64,000 nucleotides of DNA, taken from the human T2T-CHM13v2.0 reference genome, Homo sapiens. The DNA lies in NCBI RefSeq assembly GCF_009914755.1, contig NC_060927.1. The stretch is one strand, 5' to 3'. Position 1 is the first letter of the stretch, and the number at the start of each line of letters is the position of its first letter. The notes under the pieces are model-generated. The model searched no databases and was not told the origin of the DNA. It saw nothing but the letters and a program-made list of their open reading frames with translations. Position numbers and translations under genes: made by a program. Of this stretch, positions 61,215 to 64,000 are shown piece after piece.

Positions 61215-62035
61215 CTAAGCTGCAATTTTTTAAATCCCCAGTTGTAATATTTCAAAAACTTTTGTTTGAATAAAATGCTCATAATTAGTACCAAACTGGT
61301 CTCTTTCACAAGATCTGTAGTGTAAGAACTGTGACTAATGCTGCTGCTGCTACTTTCCCGCTGGAGGGACTAAGTTGTCTAGATGCTCTGCAGTAAAATA
61401 ACGAAAGATAAGCTACAATAGGACTGTGTGCCTTTATAAATACAGACTAATAAGAGCCATCAGAGCCAGCATGGATTCAAAATTACATTGTATTCCATAC
61501 AGTAGAATTTTACTATCCATACAATGATTTTTAAAGCTCAAGTTAAATAGTTTTTAAAGCATTTGGTACTACTGTCATCAATACAGTTTTTGAAACTGTA
61601 AATCAGGTCGAATTTTGTGCACATTTCCTGGACCAAGATGCCCTCAGAAGTAACTGCCTGTGGTCAGCTTTTTATGGTTTAAAATCAATTGGTGTATAAA
61701 TTTCAATTAACACCCATAAAGCTTAGCCATGGGGCAGCAGAGAAGAAAGAGAAAAGTATTCTGCATAATCAATCCTGCAGACACAATTCTGTATAATCTG
61801 TCACAAGAACGCAGGCTTGCAGAAAATGAAAATAGAATATTTATTTATGTTTAACTTAAGTTACTCTCAATCAAAACCAGGCAATGATTAAACTGGCAAC
61901 ATAAAAAGGAGGGAGCACGAGTCATGGAGGCGGGAAGTGGTGCACCTGCAGACTTGCTCTGCTCCATCACTTTTTCCAAGAGGCCCAGGAAATGTAAGGT
62001 CATGGCTACATCCAAGTTACAATGGTAGTGATTAC

Positions 62036-62302
<267 letters not shown>

Positions 62303-63985
62303 TCACCTTCATGTCTTCAACTACCACATTATTGACCCTTACTCATAAGAGGTACAGAGATGTGGAAGAAATCGAAAATTATTTCTGGATAGGTGTGGTC
62401 CAGAATGGAAAAGGCCAAGGAGATAAGAAAGGAGCATGTGAAAGGCACTGTGGATCTGATCTATGATCTGTGCCTTCCCATGACAAAGGTGTGAAGAACT
62501 GTTTTACAAAAGAGTAGAGAGGCCTTGTCTGTAATAAACAGCTTATTACAGAACTATAATCTACAGGTTTCATTGTAAGCTTAGGTTTACCCATACCATC
62601 CTTCTTTATGTTCAAAGAGAATGGTGTGAAGCTTCTTTTAACCAGGCTATTAAAAAGTTGTCTTCATTGATGACTTTAGGCATCATTTATAAAGGCAGTT
62701 CTGCAGACGTTTTCCCTCTTTCTGTAATACCTACACCCTACAACTATCTGCCTTTCTCACAAGCATATGAGCACAGTGCATATGAGCATGTTAAGGCTTT
62801 AAGTCTTAGAGTAAAGAAATCTTTTGTTTTCTTTAAGACACTATTTCCTAAACCCATTTAATCACCTAAACCTATTTTGGCAGTATGTGTATTCAAATAA
62901 AACTGAAGTTCTACAGAACACAGGTGAGAAAATGCTGTACTAGAGGAAAAGTAGGTGTCTGGGATATGACATGAAGAATATAGGTTCTTTATGTGTCATA
63001 GTATGGGACAGAATGCACTACTGACTTTGGTGTCATTAGATCGAGCTTTGTGGCTGTGTAAGCTTAGACACACTTAACCTGCCTGATTCTCAGTTTACCC
63101 ATCTAGAAATTGGGATCATATGCTCCTTTTACAAAAGTTAGAGTAAAGTGCCATATAGTGTCTGCCACATATCCATGGCTCTGGGTGTCATTGATATATA
63201 CAAAGTTATATACATACAAAAATATAATAAATGTTCATTGTCCTGAGAGAAAGAAAAACCCAGGTCTTCAGCCACTATTAATTACACAATATCAAAACAA
63301 CAGGTTAATTCAAAAAGTCCCAAACAATTTTCTGAAGAGATAATATCTACTTCAAAAATTGAGAAGCATTGATAACTAAGGCCAGCTTCCACCATAACGT
63401 CATTTTTTAAAAACTTGTTAAATTATCTTTTGTGTGTTACAAGTGCAGTAGCCTTCCTGAAACGTGTGTAGGGAAGTTTCACTATTTTAAGCAAAATTGC
63501 CGAAAGTTCACTTTAGCAATCTGTGTTTTCCAGGGAGAAAAATTATATCCTTCCAAATGATGAAGGAACCATCATCCAATTTGGATTTTGGTGATAGCAA
63601 AACACAATGGCTTTTCTAGAAGTCACAAAATATAAATGACTCCTGGGTAACATTTTACAGTATTTTCATTGCAAAGGGTAGTAAACTGAAAAATTAAATC
63701 AAATTCAACAATATGACCTCAATATAGTGTTACTGATATTGAAAAATAATGTTAAACGAAAAAACAAAATCCAAAATAACTTTCTTCTACTTACTAGAGT
63801 GTAACAGATAAAAATGAGGCTTTAAAAAGTGTCTAAAAAACAATCTGATCTAATGTGCTGGATGCCTTTTTTTCTCTTCATCTCCAGTTAGAATCATTCA
63901 TTTTTACTAATTTCCCATTTTAACTTTCAAATACTCAAGAATATAATTTTTAGCCAAGCAAAATCTCTGTTTTAAAGAATTCCTA

Positions 63986-64000
63986 GGCCGGGTGTGGTGG
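63986..64000 (+). mobile_element. Start of an Alu, cut by the window edge
   Basis: ggccgggtgtggtgg. Confidence 0.7.

Overview
Primate (very likely human, chr3q25 region) genomic DNA, rich in Alu, MIR, L1, MER and LTR repeats. It holds the complete 5-exon coding sequence of TM4SF4 on + (16077-43916; 609 nt, 202 aa) and, convergent with it, the last exon and long 3'UTR of WWTR1/TAZ on - (about 58460-62220). An EEF1A1 processed pseudogene lies in TM4SF4 intron 3. The most unusual structure is at 3249-6520 (- strand): one poly(A)-tailed retrocopy, flanked by a single target-site duplication (TSD), of a chimeric mRNA joining the 5' part of C10orf88/PAAT in frame to the 3' half of WDR70. A full-length FKBP1A retrocopy later inserted into it. 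Gene and repeat identities come from recalled sequences, not database searches. Repeat boundaries and subfamily calls are approximate. No tRNA, rRNA or CRISPR features were seen.
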